Source: Gemmatimonadales bacterium (GTDB lineage: Bacteria > Gemmatimonadota > Gemmatimonadetes > Gemmatimonadales > GWC2-71-9). From it: a DNA stretch of 64,000 nt. The DNA is taken from contig JBDIWC010000003.1 in NCBI GenBank assembly GCA_039794085.1, positions 1 through 64,000 of the forward strand, written 5' to 3'. The position numbers and the translations under genes are program-made. This document shows, piece after piece, positions 8,388 to 18,189 of this stretch; positions within the stretch are counted from its first letter, which is position 1, and each line of letters begins with the position of its first letter. The notes under the pieces are model-generated. The model saw nothing but the letters and a program-made list of their open reading frames with translations. It did not search any database and was not told the origin of the DNA.

Positions 8388-8752
8388 GCTGGAAACTCGG
8401 GCTCGACGGCTGGGATGTCGCCCTCCATGTCGTGGTGACGGGCGCCTTGGCCGCCGCGATTGGGGAGATGGTGCGGGGACCTGACGCCGATTGGATGGTG
8501 TCGCTCGTGATCGGCATGTCCGGGGTGGTCTTTGGCATCCGGCGGCGGCGGGCACTCCGGCGGGCTCCCCCCGAACTGGTGGCTGGCGAACTGGACCGGT
8601 CCCGTCTCGATGACCTGGAGGATCGGGTCCTTGTCTGCGAACAGGTCGTGGCCCGGCTGGCGGAACTGGAGGAGAGGCTTGACTTTGCGGAGCGACTTCT
8701 CACCCAGTCCTCCCGGGCGGAAAGGATCGAGCTCCCCGAGGGGGACCGGTAG
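8384..8752 (+). CDS. PspB-like coiled-coil membrane protein, paralog 6 (two hydrophobic segments)
   Basis: ATGA overlap with paralog 5; MSWKLGLDGWDVALH..., two hydrophobic segments, EERLDFAERLL. Confidence 0.8.
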   Translation: MSWKLGLDGWDVALHVVVTGALAAAIGEMVRGPDADWMVSLVIGMSGVVFGIRRRRALRRAPPELVAGELDRSRLDDLEDRVLVCEQVVARLAELEERLDFAERLLTQSSRAERIELPEGDR

Positions 8753-8827
8753 CACGCACCACCGTCAGGGAGTATAGATTTCAGGCTTGAACCGCGGTTC
8801 GGCGTCGGCCGCAGAAGGGATCCGGGC

Positions 8828-9223
8828 ATGGTCACGCAAGACGACATCCAGTCGTTCATCGATCGCCTCGACAGCGGGGTGATGACCACCGAGGAGGTGG
8901 AACCGGGCCTGTGGGTAGCACGGACCACGGATGGGGCCGAGCTGGTGGTGAACTACGCTCCCCCGGTGGTGATCCTCCGAGTGCGCGTCATGGAGAGCCC
9001 CGAGGACGGCGAGAAGCGCGCCGATCTCTTCCGGCACCTCCTGGAGCTGAACGCCCGCGACCTGGTGCATGGCTCCTATGGACTGGAGGGCAACGAGGTC
9101 GTCCTCACGGACACCCTGGATCTGGCCGATCTCGACTTCAGCGAATTCCAGGCAAGTTTCGACTCGATCACGCTGGCCCTCGCCTCCCATCTCGGGGCGC
9201 TGGCGACATACCGCGAAAGGTAA
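8828..9223 (+). CDS. YbjN/CesT-type chaperone-fold protein
   Basis: Small acidic protein with LFRHLLELNA..HGSYGLEG..VVL and a C-terminal amphipathic helix; 4 nt upstream of pspA. Confidence 0.7.
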   Translation: MVTQDDIQSFIDRLDSGVMTTEEVEPGLWVARTTDGAELVVNYAPPVVILRVRVMESPEDGEKRADLFRHLLELNARDLVHGSYGLEGNEVVLTDTLDLADLDFSEFQASFDSITLALASHLGALATYRER

Positions 9224-9227
9224 GGCC

Positions 9228-10019
9228 ATGGGACTCTGGGACCGTTTCACCACGATGTTCAGGTCCAACATCAATGATCTGATTTCGCGGGCCGAGAACC
9301 CCGAGAAGATGCTGAACCAGCTGATTCTCGACATGAAGTCGCAGCTCGCCAAGGCCAAGCAGCAGGCCGCCTCGGCGATCGCCGACGAGAAGAAGCTCCA
9401 CGCCGACGCCGAGGCGATGAAGAAGTCCGCCGAGGAGTGGGAACGGCGGGCCATGCTCGCGGTGCAGGAGGGCCGGGACGACCTCGCCACCCAGGCGCTC
9501 ATGCGCTACAACGAGAGCCTCCAGGGCGCCCAGCAACTGCACGAAACCTGGGTCAAGCACAAGGCCGACACCGAACAGCTCAAGACCTCCCTCAAGGCGC
9601 TGCACGACAAGATCGAGGAGGCGAAGCGAAAGAAGAACATTCTCGTGGCCCGCGCCAAGCGCGCCGAGGCCCAGCAGCGCATCCACGAGACCATGGCGGG
9701 GATGTCCGACAAGAGCGCCTTCGAGTCGTTCGAGCGGATGGCGGAACGGATCGAGGACGTGGAGCGGAAGGCCCTCGCCGCCGCCGAACTCCAGGAGGAG
9801 TTCCAGGGCGACGATCTGATGAAGCAGTTCGAGTCGCTCGAATACAAAGGAAGCGCCGATCAACAGCTTTTGGCCCTCAAGGCCCGCATGGGTCTCCTGG
9901 GAGAGGGGGAGAAGGCCGAAACCCGTCAGCTCCAGGCCGGCGACGATGACACCGGCGACGCCGAAATCATCGAGGACGACGGGGGAGACAACCCGCCCGG
10001 CCACGGGAAGTCTTCCTGA
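9228..10019 (+). CDS. pspA: PspA/IM30 (bacterial ESCRT-III) family protein
   Basis: MGLWDRFTTMFRSNINDLISRAENPEKMLNQLILDM, WERRAMLAVQEGRDDLA and FERMAERIE signatures. Confidence 0.93.
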   Translation: MGLWDRFTTMFRSNINDLISRAENPEKMLNQLILDMKSQLAKAKQQAASAIADEKKLHADAEAMKKSAEEWERRAMLAVQEGRDDLATQALMRYNESLQGAQQLHETWVKHKADTEQLKTSLKALHDKIEEAKRKKNILVARAKRAEAQQRIHETMAGMSDKSAFESFERMAERIEDVERKALAAAELQEEFQGDDLMKQFESLEYKGSADQQLLALKARMGLLGEGEKAETRQLQAGDDDTGDAEIIEDDGGDNPPGHGKSS

Positions 10020-10026
10020 GGGAGAC

Positions 10027-10055
10027 GGGCTCGCCAACCGGCGGGCCCTTTCTCT
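10027..10055 (+). terminator. Rho-independent terminator after pspA
   Basis: GGGCTCGCC-AACC-GGCGGGCCC stem-loop followed by TTTCTCT. Confidence 0.65.
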
Positions 10056-10091
10056 ACCTTCAAACTTCCAACTTCAAACTTCGAACTTCCC

Positions 10092-11153
10092 ATGCCCCGG
10101 TTTCTGATTCTGGCTGACGGCGACTTCGCGCCGATGACCTCGAAGACCGCCAACTCGGTCATCCGCTACCGGCCCGGCGGTGTCGCGGCGGTGCTCGACC
10201 GGTCGCGCGCAGGTCAAACGGCGCAGGCGGTGCTTGGGTTCGGGGGAGACATTCCGGTCGTGGCGTCGGTGCGGGAAGGTCTGGCCCTCGGAGCCGATGC
10301 GGTGATGATCGGGATCGCCCCGATCGGGGGGCGCCTCCCCGAGACCTGGCGCGACTGGCTCCTCGAGGCCCTGGAGGGAGGGTGCGATCTCTGGAGTGGT
10401 CTCCACACCTTCCTGGCCGACGATCCCCGCCTCGCCACCCGGGCCCGGGAACTGGGGCGGACCATCCACGATCTCCGGCGCCCGCCCGCCAACCTCCCGG
10501 TCGGTTCGGGCAAGGCGCGGGAGGTGGGACCGTTCGTGCTCCTGACGGTGGGGACCGACTGCAACGTCGGCAAGATGACGGCCCAGCTCCAGCTCACCGC
10601 GGCGTTGAATGCGCGCGGGGTGCGAACCCGGTTCGTTCCCACCGGGCAGACCGGAATCCTGATCGAGGGGTGGGGCATCGGCGTGGACGCCGTCGTGGCC
10701 GACTTCATCGCCGGTGCCGCGGAGCAACTGGTGCTGGAGGGGGCACGAGATGCGGACATCGTGATGGTGGAGGGGCAGGGGAGCATCAACCACCCCGGCT
10801 ACTCCGGTGTCACCCTGGGTCTGCTGCACGGGGCGTGTCCCGATGCCCTGATCCTCTGTCATCAGGCGGGCCGCCGGTTCATCGGCGAGTATCGCACTGC
10901 GGAGGCCACGCGGATCCCTCCGCTCACCGACTATGTCCGTGCCTATGAGCTGATGGGCTCCATGGTCCATCCGACGAAGGTGATCGGCGTCTGCCTCAAC
11001 ACGGTCGGGATGACCGACGAGGAGGCAGCACGGGAGTGTGAGGCAGCTCGGCGGGAGACGGGGTTGCCGGCCACCGATCCGGTGCGGGATCCGAAGGATG
11101 AGTCTCTGGTGGAGGCGATCCTGCGGGCCCGCGCGGAGTATCTCGTCCGGTAA
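10092..11153 (+). CDS. DUF1611-family P-loop protein (DgcN-like)
   Basis: SKTANSVIRY, TVGTDCNVGKMTA, PTGQTGILI, VEGQGSINHPGYSGVTLGLLHG. Confidence 0.88.
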   Translation: MPRFLILADGDFAPMTSKTANSVIRYRPGGVAAVLDRSRAGQTAQAVLGFGGDIPVVASVREGLALGADAVMIGIAPIGGRLPETWRDWLLEALEGGCDLWSGLHTFLADDPRLATRARELGRTIHDLRRPPANLPVGSGKAREVGPFVLLTVGTDCNVGKMTAQLQLTAALNARGVRTRFVPTGQTGILIEGWGIGVDAVVADFIAGAAEQLVLEGARDADIVMVEGQGSINHPGYSGVTLGLLHGACPDALILCHQAGRRFIGEYRTAEATRIPPLTDYVRAYELMGSMVHPTKVIGVCLNTVGMTDEEAARECEAARRETGLPATDPVRDPKDESLVEAILRARAEYLVR

Positions 11154-11180
11154 TTCGTCACCTCGAACGAGCATCGGAAC

Positions 11181-11560
11181 GTCACCCCGGCGCACGCCGG
11201 GGTCCATGGCCGAGCATGCAGAGACTCAACGCGAAGGCACGAAGAACGCAAAGGGGCGTAAAGGGCTCACACGAGGGCACGAAGAACACGAAGGGGTGTA
11301 AGCGGCTCACGCGAAGACGCGAAGACGCGAAGGAAAGCGGGATCCTGAGCGTATGTCGGAGTGTCACCCCGGCGCACGCCGGGGTCCATGGGCGGACATG
11401 CAAAGACTCAACGCGAAGGCGTGAAGAACACGAAGGGTGTAAGAAACTCGCACGAAGACACGAAGGGAGTTAAGGGCACACGCGAAGTCGCGAAGACGCG
11501 AAGGAAGGCGGGATCGTGAACGTATGTCGGAGCGTCATCCCGGCGAACGCCGGGGTCCAG
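11181..11560 (+). repeat. Tandem composite repeat (about 170-180 bp unit) containing three REP-like palindromes
   Basis: GTCA(C/T)CCCGGCG(C/A)ACGCCGGGGTCCA at 11181, 11363 and 11534. Intervening segments are homologous (ctcaacgcgaagg..aagggtgtaag..cgcgaagacgcgaagg..cgtatgtcggag). Confidence 0.85.
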
Positions 11561-11680
11561 TGACCGCCCATCTTGGCGGACTCGGGCCGAAGGCACGCCG
11601 ACCACCAGGGGGTATCCCGTGGGGTATCCCCCCTGGTATTCCCCCTCCTATTCCCTACACCCGACTCCCTACTCCCTGCT

Positions 11681-11829
<149 letters not shown>

Positions 11830-12917
11830 TGTTGGGTCGGTTTCTTTACCCTGTTCGCCAATCCGGTCTCCTCTCAGAACCCGAAAGGCAGCGTCACTCA
11901 CCGAGCCAGCGCAAGACTCGACGTTACGACAGCCTTCGAGCTTGGGGACTCCTTAGTGCTGCAAGGCACTCCATCGCAGCCGCTGTTCTCGATCTCGGAT
12001 CCACTCTTCGTGCATGGGCGGCTCTATGTGACCGACTTTATCGGCAACAAGGTGCTTGAGTTCGATCGAAGTGGCAGGCTGATTCGAACAGTGGGTCAAA
12101 AGGGCACTGGGCCGGGGGAATTCCAGATGCCGTACGGAGTCGCGACCGATAATACAGGCCGGATTTATGTAAACGACCGGGGGAACGCACGCGTTCAGGT
12201 CTTCGACGCCGACTTGCGCCACATAGCGATCTACAAGGTAGGCGGTCAACAAGAGCAAATATTCATCCGCAACGAGGGCCCGACCGTGCATGTCCTTGCC
12301 CAAGGGGTCACGCGATGTGATGGTCCTGCGGGATGCCTTCTAACGGATATAACCTTGAGCGACAAGGGTATGACCGTGAGTGACAATCGGACATATTCAT
12401 TCGTACCGGTTGACGCGGCACCAGTGGTATTCACTTGGCGAGCTACCGTCGCGCCTGACGGAGTGGTCTATATCGCCAATGTATTCGGTGATTCGGTCGC
12501 GACCTACTCCCTGACGGGTCAGCGCTTGGGCGCCTTTCCGCTGCGATCACCGTCCCGGTCGATCCCACCGGGGCTTCAGGCGTCCGCATCGAGCGCCGAA
12601 CTGGGAGTGCTCATGCATCGGCTCAGGGACGAGCGGTATACGCGCCTGAGTAGTCTCGTCGTGGCTGACAGCATCGTCTTCGTGCAGTACGAGCGAGTCA
12701 ATCCCTCGGCGGGTGAGTCACCCGGGCTCCTGGATATTTTCACGCCAACCGGTTGCCTGCTGTACGCGGCAGTGCCGACGCCCGGGCGCCTGACGGCGAA
12801 CGGAGGAAGCCTACACTTTGTGAGCCGACAGGAGGGGGGCTACGGGAGAGTAGTCATCGTCCCCCTGCGACTGAAGAAGGCACTCCCTCTCACCTCCTGC
12901 CCTGTGGGTGGCATTGG

Positions 12918-13534
12918 ATGAAGCTCACACGCTTCGTAGCTGTGGTTTGCGCACTGGCGGCCGTGCTTCTGGTATGGAATGCAAGGTCGAACGCACCAAT
13001 GTTGGCGGCGCTACGGAGTCACCCGGCTGGTGACGATGTGGACGGGGGAAGCCGAAAACCGTCAAACGTCGTTGTCCCGCGAGTGGCCTTGCCGATGCTG
13101 TTGAATGCTCCTGACGAGGCCGACTTGCCGTTCATGCTGCCGCACGGTTCATCACGCAAAACAACCCTAGTGATCGCGGTGTCCTATGCCGATTGTTATG
13201 GAAAGTTGGCGGACGTTGCCTTCTGGTCCGAGATCCAGGAGCGCTACGGGAGTAACGTCGATGTCACCGGGGTAGCTTCCGGTGGGACGGTTGAGATGTT
13301 GCAGTACTTGCTCACTCAGCAGGGCGTCCGGATTCCCGTCGTTTACGATTCGGCGGGGTGGTCAGGGATGCGATCTTGCAGGGCGGGTACTTGACACCAG
13401 CGATGGTGCTTCTCGATGGCGTCGGCACCGTTGTTCATGTCGAGGAGTCTCGAGCAGGGAATGCACAGCTCCAAGCGGAGTACCTGATGAAACTGGACCA
13501 ACTCGTTGAAGTTCCCCGCGCTCGGCCCTGGTGA
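12918..13534 (+). pseudogene. Thioredoxin-fold (TlpA/Prx-like) membrane-anchored protein with a frameshift at about 13358
   Basis: ATGA-coupled to the propeller gene. N-terminal TM, ...IPVVYDSAG; the homologous continuation VVRDAILQGGYLTPAMVLLDGVGTVVH...* is in the -1 frame after a G4 run and ends at TGA 13532-13534. Confidence 0.65.
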
Positions 13535-13560
13535 GGTACGTGAAGGCACAGGTATAGCGC

Positions 13561-14241
13561 ATGCACTCACCAAGGAGGGGCGTCACTGTGAGGCCCGCTT
13601 TCCAGAACGCTTTAGGGCTCGTGTTCGCGATATGCGCCGTTGCCATCACGGTGAGTGTCGTGCACCGGGAAGTCACGAATCGATCTACGGCAGACGCCCA
13701 GAAATCGCGGCGCGTCAGCGACTGGAGGCGTGCCGAAGGCGGCGGGCAGATCCTTGGTGACGAGGGAGCGTCCCTACGCATCGTCGAGGTTTCCGACTTC
13801 CAGTGTCCATTTTGTCGCGCCGTCCAAGGGGCCGTGGCGAGGCTCCACGCCCGATACGGTCCACGGGTCGCGGTGGTGTACCGGCACTTTCCACTTCCGC
13901 AGAACCCGGAAGCTTTCGCTGCAGCGAATGCGTCCGAGTGCGCGGATGGGCAGGGCCGGTTCGCCGAGTATCATGATGCACTGTTCGCGAACCCCGATTC
14001 GATCCGAGGGAAACGCTGGATATCCCTGGCCACGATTGCAGGCGTACAGGATACGGGGAGCTTCGCGCGGTGTGTGCGGGAAGAACGTTTTCATGAACGT
14101 GTCGCTGCTGATGCTCGCCTTGGACGGGAACTTGGCGTGCCCGGCACGCCCACCTTTATCTTTCGGGATCGCATGGTGAGCGGTGCTCCCGGCCTTGACG
14201 AGATTCAGTCATGGTTGGACTCCGCGATAGCTGCCAAGTGA
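13561..14241 (+). CDS. DsbA-family thiol-disulfide oxidoreductase
   Basis: N-terminal TM, EVSDFQCPFC, YRHFPL and GVPGTPTF motifs. Confidence 0.9.
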   Translation: MHSPRRGVTVRPAFQNALGLVFAICAVAITVSVVHREVTNRSTADAQKSRRVSDWRRAEGGGQILGDEGASLRIVEVSDFQCPFCRAVQGAVARLHARYGPRVAVVYRHFPLPQNPEAFAAANASECADGQGRFAEYHDALFANPDSIRGKRWISLATIAGVQDTGSFARCVREERFHERVAADARLGRELGVPGTPTFIFRDRMVSGAPGLDEIQSWLDSAIAAK

Positions 14242-14464
14242 TACCCACACCACCTGCCCATGCTGGGCCAGCGGTGCCCTCGTGCCCGCAGGCGCTGCTA
14301 CCATGCCGTCACCCTTGGTGAGCGCCGTTCCTCGTACCCCCACTTGTCAGGTCGCGCCCTGGCCTTTTGCGTGTATCGGTTGCATGGTCAGGCGCGCCGT
14401 GCGTAACTTATTGCCTGCTCGTCGGGCATCAAGGAACGCGAACGGACTCCGTAGGAGTCGAATA

Positions 14465-15580
14465 ATGAAACGCTACAGCGGGATTCTGCAGGCGTTCATG
14501 TTCATGACCTTTCCGTGGGTAGTGGGTGGGTGCAAAGGGGCGGAGCGTAGTGGGAAGGGTATGGAGGGCCCTCTGGAGCAGTGGCACGTGCAGGAGATCC
14601 TGCGGATCGGTGACTTGGAGGGAACTGGTCCTACTGTGTTCTCTCAAATCGGACCCATTGGGGTCGGCACCAGCGGATCCGTGCACATCTTCGATGCCCA
14701 AGCGGGTGAACTTCGGGTGTTTGACAGTGTTGGTCACTTTGTCCGGGCGACAGGGCGATCCGGGGCCGGCCCGGGTGAGTTTGGGCGTGCTGTCGGGATG
14801 GCCTTCGGCCCTGACGGAATAGTGCGCATCGTTGATCCGGCCAACAGCCGATACCTGGATATTCGGCGCGACGGAACGACTCACTCGCTGCGACGACCGG
14901 TCTCGATGTACCAACTGCCCTGGTTGGGCGGATTCGACCGAAATGGCCGTTTCTATGATCAGGCGACCCAGAGCGAGAGTGGAGCCACTGTGGATGTTCT
15001 GCTCGCCGTGGGTGATGACGGTCAGGTCACCGAATCGTTCCCTCTTCCCTCGGACTCGATCTCGGCGCCGCGAATGGGATCCCTTACGTTTCCGCTCCCG
15101 TTCGCCCCGCGCATCCTGCGTGCGTGGGACCCCAACGGCGCTATCTGGCAGGCGGTCTCTTCCACCTACCGGATCGCGCGTGTCTCGCCGGGGGGTGACA
15201 CCAGTCTGGTGGTGACGAAGCAGGTCCGGAGTGTTGAGCTCAGCAACAGCCAGCGAGACTCGGTCGACGCCCACATTCGGAGTCTTCGTGACCAGTTCGG
15301 CGTCGCCGTGTCCGCGGAGATGCGTCCTGCCGACGTGCCGCCCCTGCGTTGGTTCGTGCTGGACGACCACGATAACCTGTGGGTGTGTGCGACCGCTGCG
15401 GACCCCTGCCAGACCCTCGATGTGTTCGATCGCACGGGAGCGCTCATTGCCAGCGTGTCGGTTCCTGTTGCGATTCTCGATGATCCGCTCCCTGTGATTC
15501 GGGATGACCGCTTGTATGCGGCGATATTGGGGGCCCACGATGAGCCGCAACTGTTCATCGGGCGAGTTGTTCGGGAGTAG
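14465..15580 (+). CDS. 6-bladed beta-propeller lipoprotein
   Basis: RBS AGGAG; signal with VGGC lipobox-like Cys; EILRIG..EG and TGRSGAGPGEF. Confidence 0.8.
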   Translation: MKRYSGILQAFMFMTFPWVVGGCKGAERSGKGMEGPLEQWHVQEILRIGDLEGTGPTVFSQIGPIGVGTSGSVHIFDAQAGELRVFDSVGHFVRATGRSGAGPGEFGRAVGMAFGPDGIVRIVDPANSRYLDIRRDGTTHSLRRPVSMYQLPWLGGFDRNGRFYDQATQSESGATVDVLLAVGDDGQVTESFPLPSDSISAPRMGSLTFPLPFAPRILRAWDPNGAIWQAVSSTYRIARVSPGGDTSLVVTKQVRSVELSNSQRDSVDAHIRSLRDQFGVAVSAEMRPADVPPLRWFVLDDHDNLWVCATAADPCQTLDVFDRTGALIASVSVPVAILDDPLPVIRDDRLYAAILGAHDEPQLFIGRVVRE

Positions 15581-15584
15581 ACAA

Positions 15585-15770
15585 ACCCGGGCGGAAGCTC
15601 GGGCTCGGCGCCTTCGGCGACGGGTCCCGAAGGACGCCAAGGCCCATTCCGAAGCAGGGTCATCCCGAGCCGCAGGCGAGGAGCCTGCCCCGAGCTTGCG
15701 AGGGGATCTGAGGAGGGAGGTCGAGGTGACCTCACCGATTCCCGAGTTGAGGCCCGAGCTCGGCAGCTGT
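15585..15770. repeat. Intergenic cluster of palindromic REP/BIME-like elements
   Basis: cccgggc..gctcggg hairpin and a gtcatcccgagc..gcgagg..gatc motif. Confidence 0.45.
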
Positions 15771-15848
15771 TGCGAAGGCGCACCCGGCGGGGAGGGTGCT
15801 ACTATTCCCTACTCCCTACTCCCAATTCCCCACTGCGGAGCGCGTGAC

Positions 15849-16985
15849 ATGAAGTGGAGAAAGTGGGAAGGGAACGCGAGGTTGTGCCATGGCCTCATCC
15901 CTCTCCTGGTCGGCGTCACGATCGGATGTGTGGCTGAACGAACCCCGGCCTCGGACGCTGTGAGTGATGTGCGGGCCACGGGGCGGGTTGAAGCCAGTGA
16001 CACACCGCCGTTGACGCTCCCCGGAACGGCCCCCGATGGAACACCACTCCTGTCCATTCCCGTCCACGCGACGCGGCTCCCCCACGGCGACATCATCGTG
16101 GCCGACCGGGGCGCCAAGGCCCTCGTCCTCTTCGACTCCACCGGCAGGTGGCTCCGTGAGGTAGGCCGGGAGGGAGGGGGTCCGGGCGAGTTCCGCATGG
16201 TCCTTCGGGTGAGTCGCTGTGGCGGAAATTCTCTGCTGACCTTCGACAGGAGCCAGCAGCGGCTCACCCGATTCGATATCACGCGGACACCAGTCCGCAC
16301 GATCGCGGTCCCGAAGGCCTTCGGGATGGAATGTTCACGGGGGGGAATCGCCGCCGGAACCGATCTTGTGGGACTGGGCTTCCCCTCGGCGGATGGCCCC
16401 ATGATGACCGCCCAGATCAGGATCCTCGACGCAGCGGGAGACAGCATCGGGCACATCGCGTCCGTCGACATGGGCCAGAACCGCCCCATGGCAGCCATCA
16501 CCACGATCGCCATGGGCGCCGATCGGCTCTATGTGGGCACCGGATCCCGCACCGAGGTGAATGTGTATGACCTCTCGGGTCGTCCGTTGGCTCCGATTCT
16601 GCTCGATCGGCAGCCCCGTGCCTCCACTCCGGGCCATTATGACGCCGCCATCCAGAAAATGCTTCGCCCGGTCAACGACCAAGCGTCGAAGGACTTCTAT
16701 CTGAAAACCATCGAGGGAATCCCGAGGCCGGAATGGTTACCCTTCTATACCAGGATCCTGACCGACCCGTCGGGCAACATCTGGCTCGTGACCTCGGTGC
16801 CCGGCGATGGGCACACCGCGCTGGCGGCGCTCCGGCCGGACGGGATGGAGATCGGCACCCTGACCCTCCCGGTCGAAATGGAGGTGTGGGAGGTGGGGGA
16901 TGACCATGTGCTCGGCGTCGTGGACGCAGGAAGCGGAGAGCGGGCGGTGGTGCTGTACCGATTCCGGGTCCGCCCGGAGGGGTAA
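15849..16985 (+). CDS. 6-bladed beta-propeller lipoprotein
   Basis: Signal with TIGC Cys; IIVADRG, VGREGGGPGEF and C-terminal DPSGNIWL...VVLYRF. Confidence 0.8.
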   Translation: MKWRKWEGNARLCHGLIPLLVGVTIGCVAERTPASDAVSDVRATGRVEASDTPPLTLPGTAPDGTPLLSIPVHATRLPHGDIIVADRGAKALVLFDSTGRWLREVGREGGGPGEFRMVLRVSRCGGNSLLTFDRSQQRLTRFDITRTPVRTIAVPKAFGMECSRGGIAAGTDLVGLGFPSADGPMMTAQIRILDAAGDSIGHIASVDMGQNRPMAAITTIAMGADRLYVGTGSRTEVNVYDLSGRPLAPILLDRQPRASTPGHYDAAIQKMLRPVNDQASKDFYLKTIEGIPRPEWLPFYTRILTDPSGNIWLVTSVPGDGHTALAALRPDGMEIGTLTLPVEMEVWEVGDDHVLGVVDAGSGERAVVLYRFRVRPEG

Positions 16986-16989
16986 TCTC

Positions 16990-17235
16990 GGGACTCACAC
17001 GAAGGCACGAAGGGTGTAAGGGGCTCACGCGAAGACGCGAAGGCGCGAAGGAACGAGGGATCCGGAGTGTATGTCGGGAGCGTCACCCCGGCGAACGCCG
17101 GGGTCCATGATCGGAGTAAACGTCGATTCAATGCAATGGCGGGAAGAACGCGGAGGGTGCAGAACACGCACACGAAGACACGAAGGCACGAAGGGTGTAA
17201 GGGGCTCACGCGAAGACTTGAAGGCGCGAAAGGAA
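16990..17235 (+). repeat. Further copy of the composite REP repeat unit
   Basis: ctcacacgaaggcacgaagggtgtaaggggctcacgcgaagacgcgaagg..gtatgtcgggagc followed by the REP palindrome at 17082; matches the 11181-11560 units. Confidence 0.8.
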
Positions 17236-17445
17236 ATGAGTCAAACGGTGGGGTGAGGGAAGGGGGCTTCGTGTTCTTCGTGCCTTCGTGTGCCCCCCAT
17301 TCTGCGTTGGCGGGGCCGGGGGTTTCCGCGTTCTCCGCACCTCCGTGTGCAACGGCAAAAGCGTGTGGAACTTGGCAACCGCCACCCCATGCGGCCATCT
17401 TTCCCTCCTTCCGTCCGTTTCCCGCCCCTTCTCCGATCCGGTGCC

Positions 17446-17964
17446 ATGAAGCTGTCCGTCCTCACCCGCAAGCTCCACTACTGGGCTTCCGCAATCATCA
17501 CGCTCCCGGTCCTGGTCATCCTGTGCACCGGGCTCCTCCTGCAGCTCAAAAAGGAGGTGGCGTGGATCCAGCCGGTGGAACACCGGGGAACCGGTACCGT
17601 TCCCTCCCTCGGGTTCGACGAGTTGCTCGGCATCGTCCGCGGCATCCCGGAGACCGAGGTGGCCACCTGGGACGACATTCACCGCCTCGATGTCCGTCCC
17701 GACCGCGGCATCATCAAGGTCACGGCCAGGAACAACTGGGAGGTCCAGGTGGACGCCGCGCTGGGGACGGTGCTGCAGGTGGCCTATCGCCGATCCGACC
17801 TCATTGAATCTCTCCACGACGGCTCGTGGTTCCATGAGGCGGCGAAACTCTGGATCTTCCTCCCCTCGGGGGCGCTGCTGCTGTTTCTGCTGGTGACGGG
17901 GATCTACCTCTTCGCCATACCCCTTTTGGCCAAGAGACGTCGGCGTCTGAACAATGCCCGGTGA
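17446..17964 (+). CDS. PepSY-associated TM-helix domain protein
   Basis: RKLHYW..TGLLLQLKKE, EVQVDAALGTVLQVAYRRSDLIESLHDGSWF. Confidence 0.85.
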   Translation: MKLSVLTRKLHYWASAIITLPVLVILCTGLLLQLKKEVAWIQPVEHRGTGTVPSLGFDELLGIVRGIPETEVATWDDIHRLDVRPDRGIIKVTARNNWEVQVDAALGTVLQVAYRRSDLIESLHDGSWFHEAAKLWIFLPSGALLLFLLVTGIYLFAIPLLAKRRRRLNNAR

Positions 17965-18028
17965 TCAATGAACAATGCCCGGTGATCAATGAACAATGAA
18001 CAATGAACAATGAACAATGAACAATGAA
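17949..18028 (+). repeat. AATGAAC heptamer / 21-nt tandem repeat
   Basis: Two gaacaatgcccggtgatcaat units, then an aatgaac run; overlaps the PepSY stop. Confidence 0.8.
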
Positions 18029-18189
18029 GAGAACTCCCTGCTCGATTGACTTCGTTTCGACCGGGGACCCCACTTTCTCCGGGGTGACGTTCCCGGCATG
18101 CTCGCGACCCCGAAGTCCTTCGTGTCTTCGTGTCTTCGTGTGAGTCCTCGCATGCATGACCATGGACACCGGCTCTTGCCGGAGTCGCC

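Noticed and set aside
6669..8755. Minus-strand ORFs with repeated LGKVQ/QQPLG-like motifs
   Set aside because: They are antisense read-outs of the conserved ERLDFAERLL codons; the plus-strand ORFs have the RBSs and TM helices.
11181..11560. Possible CRISPR array (three regularly spaced palindromic repeats)
   Set aside because: The intervening segments are about 150 bp and homologous to each other, the repeat is dispersed elsewhere in the window, and no cas genes are present.
14242..14464. Possible Cys-containing precursor peptide in the DsbA-propeller spacer
   Set aside because: The short ORFs (e.g. from ATG 14260) lack an RBS, a leader or signal pattern, and a convincing Cys motif.
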